Of a stretch of DNA of 64,000 bases, positions 56,644 to 64,000 are shown piece after piece. The notes under the pieces were generated by a model that saw only the letters and a program-made list of their open reading frames with translations, searched no databases and was not told the origin of the DNA. Location: the IMG/VR virus record IMGVR_UViG_3300037423_001547; one strand, written 5' to 3'. The stretch is from a virus. A program made the position numbers and the translations under genes. Every line of letters starts with the position of its first letter. The stretch's first letter is position 1.

Positions 56644-58473
56644 TCAGGCGGCGTCGTGGGGTGCGTCGGGGTGGCCGTGGTTGGGCCTGTCGGGGTGGCT
56701 GCCGGTTTCGGGGTCGCAGCCGAGGTGGGTGTCGTAGCCGCGGTCGAGTCGGTAGCCGGTGAGGGGTTCGGTGCAGACGGTGCAGCAGCGTTCTGAGTGC
56801 TGCGCTGTTCCCGGTGTTCCCTCCCCGTTCCCCCTCTTCGAGGGGGGAACGTGGGGAACGGGGGGCGTTCCCGGTGTTTCCCCGAGCGTTCCCGGAAACG
56901 TCTGACCTGCGGTTTCTTCTGTTCCCGGTGTGTTCCGGGAAACGTTTCCGGGAAACGTGGGTTGGGGAACGTCGGGGAAACGTTGCTGGGAAACGTCGAT
57001 ACCGGGCTTTTCGGACCGCGCCTTGCGGTGCTTCACAGCCTCCGCGATCTTTTCGTTGCGGGCGGAGATCTGAAGTTCTGCCAGCTTTGCGCGGACCTGC
57101 CGGTTGCCCGCGTCGTCGGGGACTCCTGCACGGTCCAGGGCGGCGATGATGTGCTCGACGGTGCCGGGGACGGCCGCCATGCCGGCGTCCTGGCCGGGCT
57201 CGGTGTCGTAGGTCATTAGGACGTGCCGGGTGCCGCCCAACGCCCAGTTGTCGCCGTCACGCTGGGACTGGCGCAGCAGGGTGAAGGAGTCGGGGCCGAT
57301 GCCGGTGCGGGTGTGGGTGCGCTTCAGTACGAGGGTGCCGCCGCCCTGGTAGGTCAGCTCCCATACGTGGTCGACGTCCTGCGTCTTTGCTGAGGAGCCC
57401 CGGCCGCCGCGCTCTTTGTCCTTGCCGAAGTGGTCCAGGCGCACGCTCGCGATCCGGTCCCGCTTCAATGGCAGCAGGGTGTGCCGGTACAGCGACAGCC
57501 ACGTATCGGCGTCGTTCTCGGGTCCGCCGATGAATCGGGACACGGTGTCGATGACGACGAGTTCGGCTCCGGTGGCCTTCACCAGGGCCATGAGGTCGGC
57601 GCCGCCGCCGGCTGTGTCGAGGGGGCGGACGGGTGGGAAGGATGCGTACCTCAGTTCGCCCATGCGGAGCGGGCCTGCGCCGAAGGACAGGAACCGTTCC
57701 TGTACCTGTTCCTGTCCGTTTTCGGCGTCGAGGTACAGCACCTTCACGGGGTCCTGTGCGGTGTCGCCGAGGAACGGCTGGCCGGTGGCCATCCGCCACA
57801 TCCACTCTTGCGTGAAGAGGGACTTGCCGGCCTTGCCGTCGCCGACGAGGGTGATCTGCTGGCCGGGGCCCATGAGTTTGCCGGGCAGGAGCTGGATGGC
57901 GCCGAAGTCGGTCGCGAAGAACGTGCCCCAGTTCAGGAGAGAGGCGACGAGGTGGGCGGGTCCGCGACCGGTGTTCTCGCGGAGCTGTTCGCCCTGTTGG
58001 AACTCGGCGACTATGGCGGCGAGTTCGTCACCGCTGACGCCGCGGTCGATGGCGGCTTTCAGCGCGGTGGAGTGGGCGTCGTAGCGGCGTTGCCGCGCGG
58101 TTTCGGCGATGCGTTCGGCGAACGCGGCGGCCATCATCGACGGGATGGTCTCGTTGCCGAGCCGGTAGATGAGGTTGCCGCCCTCGACGCGGTGGAGCTG
58201 CCCCTGCTTTTCGATCTCAGCGCGCACGAGGGCCGGGTGGCATTCCTGGCCGGTGGCGTACAGGCCGGCGGCGATGTCCCAGATGAGCTGGTGCGCGGGC
58301 CGGTACAAGTCGTCGCGGCTGATGAGGAGGGAGCATTCCTCGTAGGCGAGGCGGGAGTGCATGACGACGCCGACGACGTACTGTTCGGCCTCGATGTCGT
58401 GGGGAGGCGGGTTTCGGTTGAGGCCGTCCTGGTCCGCCGTGTCGCGCGGGCTCATGTGGCGGACGTTCTCCAC
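56644..58473 (-). CDS. replicative helicase-like protein: DnaB N-terminal domain + RecA/RepA-type ATPase + wHTH/zinc C-terminus, 609 aa
   Basis: PPHDIEAEQYVVGVVM (DnaB-N), Walker A GDGKAGKS, Walker B LVVIDTVSRF. GTG 58473 lies 7 nt after GAGGAG. Confidence 0.85.
   Translation of the reverse strand: MENVRHMSPRDTADQDGLNRNPPPHDIEAEQYVVGVVMHSRLAYEECSLLISRDDLYRPAHQLIWDIAAGLYATGQECHPALVRAEIEKQGQLHRVEGGNLIYRLGNETIPSMMAAAFAERIAETARQRRYDAHSTALKAAIDRGVSGDELAAIVAEFQQGEQLRENTGRGPAHLVASLLNWGTFFATDFGAIQLLPGKLMGPGQQITLVGDGKAGKSLFTQEWMWRMATGQPFLGDTAQDPVKVLYLDAENGQEQVQERFLSFGAGPLRMGELRYASFPPVRPLDTAGGGADLMALVKATGAELVVIDTVSRFIGGPENDADTWLSLYRHTLLPLKRDRIASVRLDHFGKDKERGGRGSSAKTQDVDHVWELTYQGGGTLVLKRTHTRTGIGPDSFTLLRQSQRDGDNWALGGTRHVLMTYDTEPGQDAGMAAVPGTVEHIIAALDRAGVPDDAGNRQVRAKLAELQISARNEKIAEAVKHRKARSEKPGIDVSQQRFPDVPQPTFPGNVSRNTPGTEETAGQTFPGTLGETPGTPPVPHVPPSKRGNGEGTPGTAQHSERCCTVCTEPLTGYRLDRGYDTHLGCDPETGSHPDRPNHGHPDAPHDAA
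56807..56996. repeat. iteron-like array inside the 3' part of the helicase gene
   Basis: GTTCCCGGTGT at 56807, 56867 and 56921. GGG(G/A)AACGT at 56845, 56937, 56950, 56964, 56974 and 56988 (five copies about 12-14 bp apart). 17-bp palindrome ACGTTTCCGGGAAACGT at 56942-56958. Confidence 0.7.
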
Positions 58474-58484
58474 GGGCGGTCTCC

Positions 58485-58790
58485 TCAGAAGAGCGTTGTC
58501 GTCGGGCACTGGTGCGATATGAGGTGCTGGTGCGGGCAGTCCGGCGGGTGTCGGGTGCCGGTCCAGCGCAGGCGTAGGGGCCGGAAGCGTTGGCGAGGCA
58601 GGCACCAGACGAGGTCGTGTGGTGTGCTTGCTGCGGCGGCCGGCCCGTAGGGGCGGGGCTCGTCGGCGGGTGGGAGGTCGACGCTGGCTTTGATGGCGGC
58701 GACGTGGCCGACCCACTGGGTGAGGACGGGCGCGGAGCAGGCCGGGCAGCGGCTGGTGCTGCTGCCCTTTCCGCTCGCGCGCCCGCTCAT
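58485..58790 (-). CDS. zinc-ribbon hypothetical protein, 101 aa
   Basis: ATGA overlap with the upstream gene. CPAC...C...C...C pattern. Only the last 101 codons of the long ORF-track frame are plausible. Confidence 0.5.
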   Translation of the reverse strand: MSGRASGKGSSTSRCPACSAPVLTQWVGHVAAIKASVDLPPADEPRPYGPAAAASTPHDLVWCLPRQRFRPLRLRWTGTRHPPDCPHQHLISHQCPTTTLF

Positions 58791-59617
58791 CAGGCGGAGG
58801 TCCCGTTCATGACCGCGGTGTCGATCTGTTCGCTGATGGCCTTGACCACGTCCGCGAACGCGGTCTTGCGGATCTCGTCGGGACGTTCCAGCTTGTAGCC
58901 GAGTTGGAGCCCGTTCTGCCCGATGCGGTGGCGGAGGCGGGCGGTGAGCTTGTAGCCCTCGCTGCCGTCGAACGGGACCAGGCCGATGATGAACGTCTCG
59001 GGGACGGTGAGCTGTCCCTTCTGTCCGGCCTTGGACTGGACGGTCTCGACGTACTGGAACTGCCGCTGCCCTGAGGAGAGTCGGCTGGCGGACTGGAAGT
59101 CGACCTTGACGGCGGCCTGGAAGGACTGAGCGATCTCCAGCATGTCCGCGGAGTTCGGCTCCAGCAGTTCGGGGAGGTGGTCCTCCAGGAACTCGGCGAA
59201 CTCCTCCTGTTTCATCAGCTGGCCGTCCTGCTGGGTCCACTGCTGCCAGGCGGTGGTCGGGCGCAGCGCGAGGTGGAGGCGGTGGTCACCCCAGCGGGCG
59301 GCGTCCGCGGCGTTGGCGTTGAGGACGGCGGTGACGGTGAGGCGCTCGCTGTCGGCGTACACCTCGGAGGCGTCGTCGTGGTGCTTGGTCCAGTAGGCGA
59401 GGAAGGACTCGGCGTCGCGGACGGTGGTGGTGCCGGTCTTCCGGGACGGCTGGTCCTTGTACTCCTCGCCGGTGAGGTCGATCTTCTGGACGCCGGCCGG
59501 GGTGCGGAAGGCGTAGACCTTGCCGATCTCCAGCTGGGCGGGCTCGGCCGCGAGGAGCGCGGTGTCGACGATGACCTGCGCTTCGCCGGGCGTGGCGGTG
59601 AGGTTGCTGTAGCTCAC
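58790..59617 (-). CDS. DUF2303 (YfdQ-like) prophage protein, 275 aa
   Basis: Size and the central EEFAEFLEDHLPELLEPNSADMLEIAQSFQA...F.SA.RL.SG...F.Y segment resemble YfdQ-family proteins. Assignment is from memory. Confidence 0.6.
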   Translation of the reverse strand: MSYSNLTATPGEAQVIVDTALLAAEPAQLEIGKVYAFRTPAGVQKIDLTGEEYKDQPSRKTGTTTVRDAESFLAYWTKHHDDASEVYADSERLTVTAVLNANAADAARWGDHRLHLALRPTTAWQQWTQQDGQLMKQEEFAEFLEDHLPELLEPNSADMLEIAQSFQAAVKVDFQSASRLSSGQRQFQYVETVQSKAGQKGQLTVPETFIIGLVPFDGSEGYKLTARLRHRIGQNGLQLGYKLERPDEIRKTAFADVVKAISEQIDTAVMNGTSA

Positions 59618-59620
59618 GGA

Positions 59621-60016
59621 TCAGGCTTCCTTGTAGTCGGTGGTGGTGTCGGCCATGCGGAACTCGGTGGTGCCGTCGGCGTTGCGGTAAACGCCGGGGG
59701 TCATCTGGCGGGGGTCCTCGCGGACGGGCTGGCCGTCGTCGTTGAGGAAGTAGAGGCTCTTGACCGGGGTGGGCTTGGGGGCCTTGACGGCGGACTCGAC
59801 GCCGATGGGCAGCGGCGCGGACTCGACGCCGTTGGCGGGGGGTTCGACGACGATGGTGATCGTCATTTGGCCCTTCTTTCCGTGGGCGCGGACGGCGTCG
59901 AGGAGGGTGTGGAACTCGGCGGAGAGTTCTTCCTCGGTGCGGCCGTTGAGGTGGCTGGCGAGGAATGCGGCGACGGGGGCCTGCATGATTTCGCCGGTGT
60001 CGGGCTGGATGGTCAT
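59621..60016 (-). CDS. hypothetical protein, 131 aa
   Basis: Complete ORF, first gene of this minus-strand operon. Confidence 0.55.
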   Translation of the reverse strand: MTIQPDTGEIMQAPVAAFLASHLNGRTEEELSAEFHTLLDAVRAHGKKGQMTITIVVEPPANGVESAPLPIGVESAVKAPKPTPVKSLYFLNDDGQPVREDPRQMTPGVYRNADGTTEFRMADTTTDYKEA

Positions 60017-60113
60017 ACGGTGGTGCCTTTCTGAGTGGTGTATCCGAGTGAATGTGCTGGTCAGGGCGTGATGCAGTGCCGTGCGCTACGGGCTTCTGAC
60101 GCACATCCATGAT

Positions 60114-60134
60114 GCCACATTGATGTGGCCACAT
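60114..60134. promoter_or_regulatory. overlapping perfect palindromes GCCACATTGATGTGGC and ATGTGGCCACAT
   Basis: 60114-60129 and 60123-60134, with a further TGTGGCCAC at 60171-60179. Lies in the divergent region before the plus-strand gene at 60202. Confidence 0.5.
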
Positions 60135-60201
60135 GCGAGTATCGGAAACGGTTGGGAGGCTGGACTTCCGTGTGGCCACCCTGATGTGCGAACATGTCGA
60201 C

Positions 60202-60429
60202 ATGCCCGCCACCGAGGAGACCGTCGCTGCCCTGCGGAAGGCAGTGCGCGCCAAGACCGCAGCTGAGAAGCGCGCTGATGACGCGCGCGCCGCGCTGGCC
60301 GTTGCCATGGCCGACGCCATACGGGAGGGCATGCGGCAAGGCGAGGTGGTTGAGCTGACCGGGTACACCCGGGAGCATGTCCGCCGGCTGGTGCGTGAGG
60401 TCGAGGAGCAACGCTCCGCTACTTCCTGA
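60202..60429 (+). CDS. small helical DNA-binding-like protein, 75 aa
   Basis: ATG 60202. C-terminal GEVVELTGYTREHVRRLVRE is HTH-like. Isolated plus-strand gene followed by a terminator. Confidence 0.5.
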   Translation: MPATEETVAALRKAVRAKTAAEKRADDARAALAVAMADAIREGMRQGEVVELTGYTREHVRRLVREVEEQRSATS

Positions 60430-60454
60430 CACCGTTCCCTCTCCTTCTCTCCGG

Positions 60455-60479
60455 GCCCCGCACCGCGTTGGTGCGGGGC
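60455..60479. terminator. bidirectional terminator hairpin with 10-bp perfect stem
   Basis: GCCCCGCACC-GCGTT-GGTGCGGGGC between convergent genes 60202..60429 and 60501..60914. Confidence 0.7.
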
Positions 60480-60500
60480 TTCGCTGCGTGCGTCAGGCGG

Positions 60501-60914
60501 TCAGTCGTCGAGTTCGGCGTCGGTCATCAGGTCGTGCGGGATCCGGCCGTTGATGAGGACTTCACGCAGGTCGGCGGCGGCCTTGCGGTAGACGCGGCCC
60601 CGCTCGCCGACTTCGGCGTCCAACGTGGCGGCGGCCGGGCCGGAGAAGCTGCCGATGGCGACATCGCCGTGGTCGGCCATCTGCTGCCAGCGGTCGGCGA
60701 GCAGGTTGAGGGCGGTCAGGGTGGCGCTCTGGTCGCCGTTGCCGCCGTCCCACTGGTTGGCGACGTGGCGGAGGACGTAGGCGGCGCTGTGCTGGTCCAG
60801 GCCGTTCGCGGCGGCCTCGATGGAGACGCCGCCGTCGGTCTGGCCGGGGCGGATGATGACGAAGGCGAGGGCGTCGGTGCCGTCGACGGCGGTGATCGTG
60901 ACGTTGTCGGTCAT
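60501..60914 (-). CDS. hypothetical protein, 137 aa
   Basis: ATG 60914 with ATGA overlap to the upstream gene. Confidence 0.6.
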   Translation of the reverse strand: MTDNVTITAVDGTDALAFVIIRPGQTDGGVSIEAAANGLDQHSAAYVLRHVANQWDGGNGDQSATLTALNLLADRWQQMADHGDVAIGSFSGPAAATLDAEVGERGRVYRKAAADLREVLINGRIPHDLMTDAELDD

Positions 60915-61105
60915 CGGGTGTCCTTCTGTGGTCCCGGGCAGAGGTCCCGGTGTTGAGTGATCGGATCGGATGCGACTAGGTCGGCGACAGCGCGGTGGCC
61001 GGTGGCTCGGCGGTGGTGCCAGCACTGGGTGCAGAGCAGGTCCGCGACGGGGACCTGACCCTTCTCCATGCGGTGCACGTGCAACCCGCCGAGCCAGCCG
61101 GACAT
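60911..61105 (-). CDS. hypothetical protein, 64 aa
   Basis: ATGA overlap with the whiB-like gene stop. Confidence 0.45.
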   Translation of the reverse strand: MSGWLGGLHVHRMEKGQVPVADLLCTQCWHHRRATGHRAVADLVASDPITQHRDLCPGPQKDTR

Positions 61106-61380
61106 CAGGCCGCGTACCGGGCGGCCTTGCGCCGGTTGGCGTGGGTGCGGAGCTGGGTTTGGGTCATGCCGCCCCACACGCCCCACCATTCGCCGTTGGC
61201 GAGGGCGAAGGCCTGGCACTGCACGCGGACGGGGCAGCCGAAGCAGATCGTCTTGGCGCGCTGCACGAGGCTCGTGTTGTCCGTGAAGAACATGTCGGGG
61301 TCGGCGGTGCGGCATGCCGCGTCATCCCGCCAGTCCGCCTTACGCTCGGTCTCGGGGACCGAGCCGCTGTAGTGGCTCAT
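61105..61380 (-). CDS. whiB: WhiB-like (Wbl) iron-sulfur transcription factor, 91 aa
   Basis: Four-Cys pattern C-x24-C-x2-C-x5-C (AACR...ICFGCPVRVQC) followed by the GVWGG turn and a basic tail. Confidence 0.9.
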   Translation of the reverse strand: MSHYSGSVPETERKADWRDDAACRTADPDMFFTDNTSLVQRAKTICFGCPVRVQCQAFALANGEWWGVWGGMTQTQLRTHANRRKAARYAA

Positions 61381-61817
61381 GCTGCTACTCCGAAGATCGT
61401 GCTGAACAAGGCGTCCGCCCGACGCATCGACGCGTCCGTGGCGTGCTCCGGAGCCACACACCACGACTGGCCGCAGCCCGGCATCACACGGCCGACAGGC
61501 GGCCGGCCGTGACCGAGTTCGAACGCGACGCGGCGGGCGCTGTAGTTGCGGTTCCGGTGGACGAGGTTGGGGGTGCATCCGCGGAGGCCGCCCGTCCATC
61601 GGACGTGGCCGCCGGTTACTGACCTGGCGTGGGTGGCCCATTTCTGTTCGAGGGTCAGGCCGCTGGGCCGTGCGGTTTTGGGGAGGCCGAGTTCGGCGCG
61701 GATTTCGCGGGGGCGTGCGGGGCCGACGTGGAGGGTGCGGGCTATGTACTTGTCCGAGTGGCCGTCTTGGAGGAGGGCGATGATGTCGGCGCGGGAGACG
61801 CCTCGGGGTCCGGGCAT
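61377..61817 (-). CDS. HTH plus HNH_3-like (degenerate HNH) DNA-binding protein, 146 aa
   Basis: N-terminal SRADIIALLQDGHSDKYIARTL HTH. C-terminal GGHVRWTGG...RRVAFELGHGRPP.G.V.P.CG...CVAPEH pattern. Confidence 0.6.
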   Translation of the reverse strand: MPGPRGVSRADIIALLQDGHSDKYIARTLHVGPARPREIRAELGLPKTARPSGLTLEQKWATHARSVTGGHVRWTGGLRGCTPNLVHRNRNYSARRVAFELGHGRPPVGRVMPGCGQSWCVAPEHATDASMRRADALFSTIFGVAA

Positions 61818-62404
61818 CAGACGGTCACCGCCTCGCGCTCGGGCCACTGGCAGCCGGCCAGCGCCGCACGGTGCCCCGCGGGGACTTCGGCGAGCGGCTG
61901 TCCGATCCAGTCGAGGCCCATCGCGCGGAGGATCAGCGCGTCGGCTTCGTCGTCGGTCGGGAGGATCGCCCCGTACCGGCGCTGCGCCGCGTCGAGGACC
62001 GCGGCTTTGCGGGAGCCGCCGTTGCCGGTGGCGTACTTGGCGCGGGACATCGGCGGGATAACGGCTACGGGGATGTTCCGTCCGCAGAGGGCGTCAACGA
62101 TGAGCCACCACAGTCCGCCGCGGTCCCAGACCGAGCCGCCCACGGAGTGGTGGGAGGGGCCTTCGACGCAGGCGAGGTGGACGTCGCCGACCTCGGTGAG
62201 GACGGTGTCGGTGATGTGCTTCATGCGGGTGCGGCGCTGGGCAATGGTGTCTTTGCGGCGGCCGGTGGTGGGTACGCGGGTGGTGCCGCCGAGGGTGGCG
62301 ATGCCGGTTCCGGTCAGGCTGATGTCGAGTCCTGCGACTCGGTAGAGCCGGGGCCCGGCCGCCGGGGTAGCGGCCGGGATCTTGGTGTCGAACAGGGTGC
62401 TCAC
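61817..62404 (-). CDS. ruvC: RuvC-like Holliday junction resolvase, 195 aa
   Basis: VAGLDISLTGTG (first catalytic Asp), ACVEGPS (Glu), DEADALILRAMG (terminal acidic pair). GTGA overlap at 62401-62404. Confidence 0.85.
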   Translation of the reverse strand: MSTLFDTKIPAATPAAGPRLYRVAGLDISLTGTGIATLGGTTRVPTTGRRKDTIAQRRTRMKHITDTVLTEVGDVHLACVEGPSHHSVGGSVWDRGGLWWLIVDALCGRNIPVAVIPPMSRAKYATGNGGSRKAAVLDAAQRRYGAILPTDDEADALILRAMGLDWIGQPLAEVPAGHRAALAGCQWPEREAVTV

Positions 62405-62643
62405 TGCTCCCCCTTCTGCTGTTCGTCGCGGATGGCGGCCCATAGCCGGTCGGTGTCGAGGTCGAGGTCGGCGGGCTCGCCGTAGGCGGGCATCGCCCAC
62501 AGGAGTTCGCAGATGTCGTGGTCGCGGGCGGTGGCGGGCTGGGTGTCGCTGTGGCGTGGGGTGCGTCCGACCCGCCAGATCGCGACGGCCAGCAGCAGGA
62601 ACGCGGCCGCGTAGAAGGCGTCGATGACGATGACGGCGGTCAC
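62401..62643 (-). CDS. small membrane protein, 80 aa
   Basis: GTGA overlap. TM VIVIDAFYAAAFLLLAVAIW. Confidence 0.45.
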   Translation of the reverse strand: MTAVIVIDAFYAAAFLLLAVAIWRVGRTPRHSDTQPATARDHDICELLWAMPAYGEPADLDLDTDRLWAAIRDEQQKGEQ

Positions 62644-62870
62644 TGGTCGCCTCCGATCCGGTGGCCCTCGCCGCACAGCAGTGCGGTGCCGTGGACGGTG
62701 GCCCCAGTCAGGCCGCAGGTCGGGCAGTGGGCGAGCGTCTGTGGCACGGCGGCCCCGTAGGCGCGGCGGTGCCGGCCGCGTGCGGGTGTGGGGCTGACAG
62801 CCCAGCGGGTGGCCAGAACGGCGGTGATCACCACGAGGGAGGTGGCTCCGGCAGTGAAGCGGTCGATCAC
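62640..62870 (-). CDS. small membrane protein with CPTCG motif, 76 aa
   Basis: TM ATSLVVITAVLATRWAV. Coupled to flanking genes. Confidence 0.45.
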   Translation of the reverse strand: MIDRFTAGATSLVVITAVLATRWAVSPTPARGRHRRAYGAAVPQTLAHCPTCGLTGATVHGTALLCGEGHRIGGDQ

Positions 62871-63196
62871 GACGCCACCCCCTGCCGGACGTCCTGCAGC
62901 TCAGCCGTCAGACCCTCGTTCGCCCGCTGCAGGTCGTCGAGTTGCTGGGTCATCGAGGCCATCGCGCGCCGCGCCAGGTGCAGTTGGCGACGCAGCTCCG
63001 CATCGCCCTCGGCCGGCCGCGGGTACTGCACCGGGCTGTCCGGCATGGTGTCGCGGAGCCGGGTGATCTCTTCGGCCTGCCGAGTGATCGTGGACAGCCG
63101 CTCGGCGGCGAGCTTCTCCGCGGCCTCGCGGGCTTCGCTGGCACGCTGGTAGCGGTACTGGAGGTCGACGTACTTGCTGGCGGAGACGAGTCTCAT
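62867..63196 (-). CDS. coiled-coil protein, 109 aa
   Basis: Heptad-like charged sequence. ATGA overlap with the exonuclease stop. Confidence 0.5.
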   Translation of the reverse strand: MRLVSASKYVDLQYRYQRASEAREAAEKLAAERLSTITRQAEEITRLRDTMPDSPVQYPRPAEGDAELRRQLHLARRAMASMTQQLDDLQRANEGLTAELQDVRQGVAS

Positions 63197-63942
63197 GCGG
63201 ACTCACCCCCGACCGGGCGCAGCGGCCACGTGCCATCCACGACCGCGCCCGGCTTCCCGGACCGGCGGAGGAAGCCCTGATAGTTCGCGGCCCACCGTTC
63301 GTGCATGGTCACCTGCCAGCCATGCAGCACCCTCGCGGGCACCTGCAGTTGCTCGTGCCGGTCGGCGATTGCCCGGGCGACATCCAAGGCGGCCTGCGCG
63401 TCCGCGTCCGCGGTGTGCGCATCCGTCAACGCCACCCCGTAGTGCTCGGCCAGCGAGCCCAGGTTCCGGCGCCCCTTACGGAACTTGTCGGCCGCGCGGT
63501 CCAGGACAAGGGGGTCCACGACCGGCTGCACCGTGCCGATCCGGTCGGCGACCGTCGGCACGCCGTGGCGCGCGCACTCGGCGTCCAGCAGGCTGAGGTC
63601 GAATGGCGCGTTCATCACGACCAGCGCCGCCCGCCCAGCCGACAACTCACCCGCGAGCGCGTCGGCGATTTCCTCAACGACCTGCTTCGCCGGGCGGCCA
63701 TGCGCGCGGGCGTGCTCGGTGGTGATCCCGTGCACGGCGGTCGCGGCGGCGGGGATCTCGACGCCGTCCACGTCAGTCAGCCAGCGCAGTGTTTCGCCGT
63801 TCGGCCGGATCAGCGCGGCGGACACGATCCGGTCGGTGCCGATCACGGTGCCGGTCGTCTCGCAGTCGTATGCGGCGAGCGGGCCGCGGTGCCAGGGCAC
63901 TTCGACGTGCCCGGTCAGGTCGGGCTGTACGGGGGCGGTCAT
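63193..63942 (-). CDS. DnaQ-like 3'-5' exonuclease (DEDDh), 249 aa
   Basis: ExoI YDCETTG, ExoII VVMNAPFDLSLL, ExoIII HTADADA. Confidence 0.85.
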   Translation of the reverse strand: MTAPVQPDLTGHVEVPWHRGPLAAYDCETTGTVIGTDRIVSAALIRPNGETLRWLTDVDGVEIPAAATAVHGITTEHARAHGRPAKQVVEEIADALAGELSAGRAALVVMNAPFDLSLLDAECARHGVPTVADRIGTVQPVVDPLVLDRAADKFRKGRRNLGSLAEHYGVALTDAHTADADAQAALDVARAIADRHEQLQVPARVLHGWQVTMHERWAANYQGFLRRSGKPGAVVDGTWPLRPVGGESA

Positions 63943-64000
63943 TCGGCACCTCCGGCGGTGAGTTCGGGCAGGACGGCGGCGGTGAGACGGCCCTCGCGCC
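63939..64000 (-). CDS. 3' end of an upstream early gene (partial, runs off the window)
   Basis: The open frame ends ...LTAGGAE with TGA overlapping the exonuclease ATG (ATGA). Confidence 0.3.
   Translation of the reverse strand, partial: REGRLTAAVLPELTAGGAE

Noticed and set aside
56807-56996. The repeat array was considered as a possible CRISPR.
   Set aside because: The repeat units are only 9-11 bp, irregularly spaced (11-60 bp), occur in both orientations and lie inside a coding region. No cas genes are present.
58485-59240. A 251-aa minus-strand ORF spanning the junction of two genes.
   Set aside because: Its upstream two-thirds overlap the DUF2303-like gene out of frame and are Arg/Pro-rich. 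Only the last 101 codons, from the ATGA-coupled ATG at 58790, look real.
62387-62403. TCGAACAGGGTGCTCAC at the RuvC start was considered as a third SOS-like box.
   Set aside because: The spacer is 5 nt rather than 4, the second half is poor, and it lies at a coding junction. It is not distinguishable from chance.
1-64000. A search for prophage boundaries (attL/attR), flanking host genes, transposases or IS elements.
   Set aside because: Both window ends lie inside phage operons, int is flanked by phage genes on both sides, and no transposase-like ORF or terminal inverted repeats were seen. Hence no boundary or additional mobile element (other than the intein) can be supported.

Overview
The whole 64-kb window reads as one very GC-rich actinobacterial (Streptomyces-like) temperate siphovirus genome, or the interior of a prophage. 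I saw no host flanks, rRNA, tRNA or CRISPR array. The left end holds a divergent cro-like/cI-like switch (201-1130), a repressor-linked membrane protein and a large serine integrase (1622-3262). An accessory region follows (3.4-8.6 kb) with XRE regulators, an XRE-TPR regulator divergent from an HFCD flavoprotein, and a LexA DNA-binding-domain-only protein behind an SOS-box-like site. Almost everything else is on the minus strand and reads right to left. First come the early/replication genes (64.0-40.1 kb): DnaQ-like exonuclease, RuvC, WhiB, HNH proteins, a DnaB-N/RecA-type helicase with an internal iteron-like array, DUF2303, an orphan DPPY methyltransferase, SNase, ParB-like and SWIM proteins, a TraB/FtsK-type translocase with membrane partners, and two terminator-bracketed lipoprotein morons. 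Then comes the structural module (39.6-18.7 kb): terS, terL, portal, MuF, scaffold, capsid, connectors, major tail, G/GT chaperones with a -1 frameshift, a tape measure with an NlpC/P60 domain, Dit, Tal and a fibre. A plus-strand sugar-modification island (12.9-18.7 kb) interrupts the late region, followed by the lysis cassette (12.6-11.1 kb) and further fibre-like genes (11.1-8.6 kb). The observations I rate highest are: (1) a canonical intein inside a phage SDR sugar epimerase, within a glycosyltransferase operon; (2) a TraB-like translocase module followed by a repeat-rich non-coding stretch; (3) an iteron-like array in the linker-coding part of the helicase gene; (4) a LexA-DBD-only gene behind an SOS-like box; (5) an AT-rich 15-mer placed 22-24 nt before three late start codons. 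All domain calls come from motif recognition by eye, no searches were run, and many gene starts are re-assigned from the ORF track using RBS and coupling logic.
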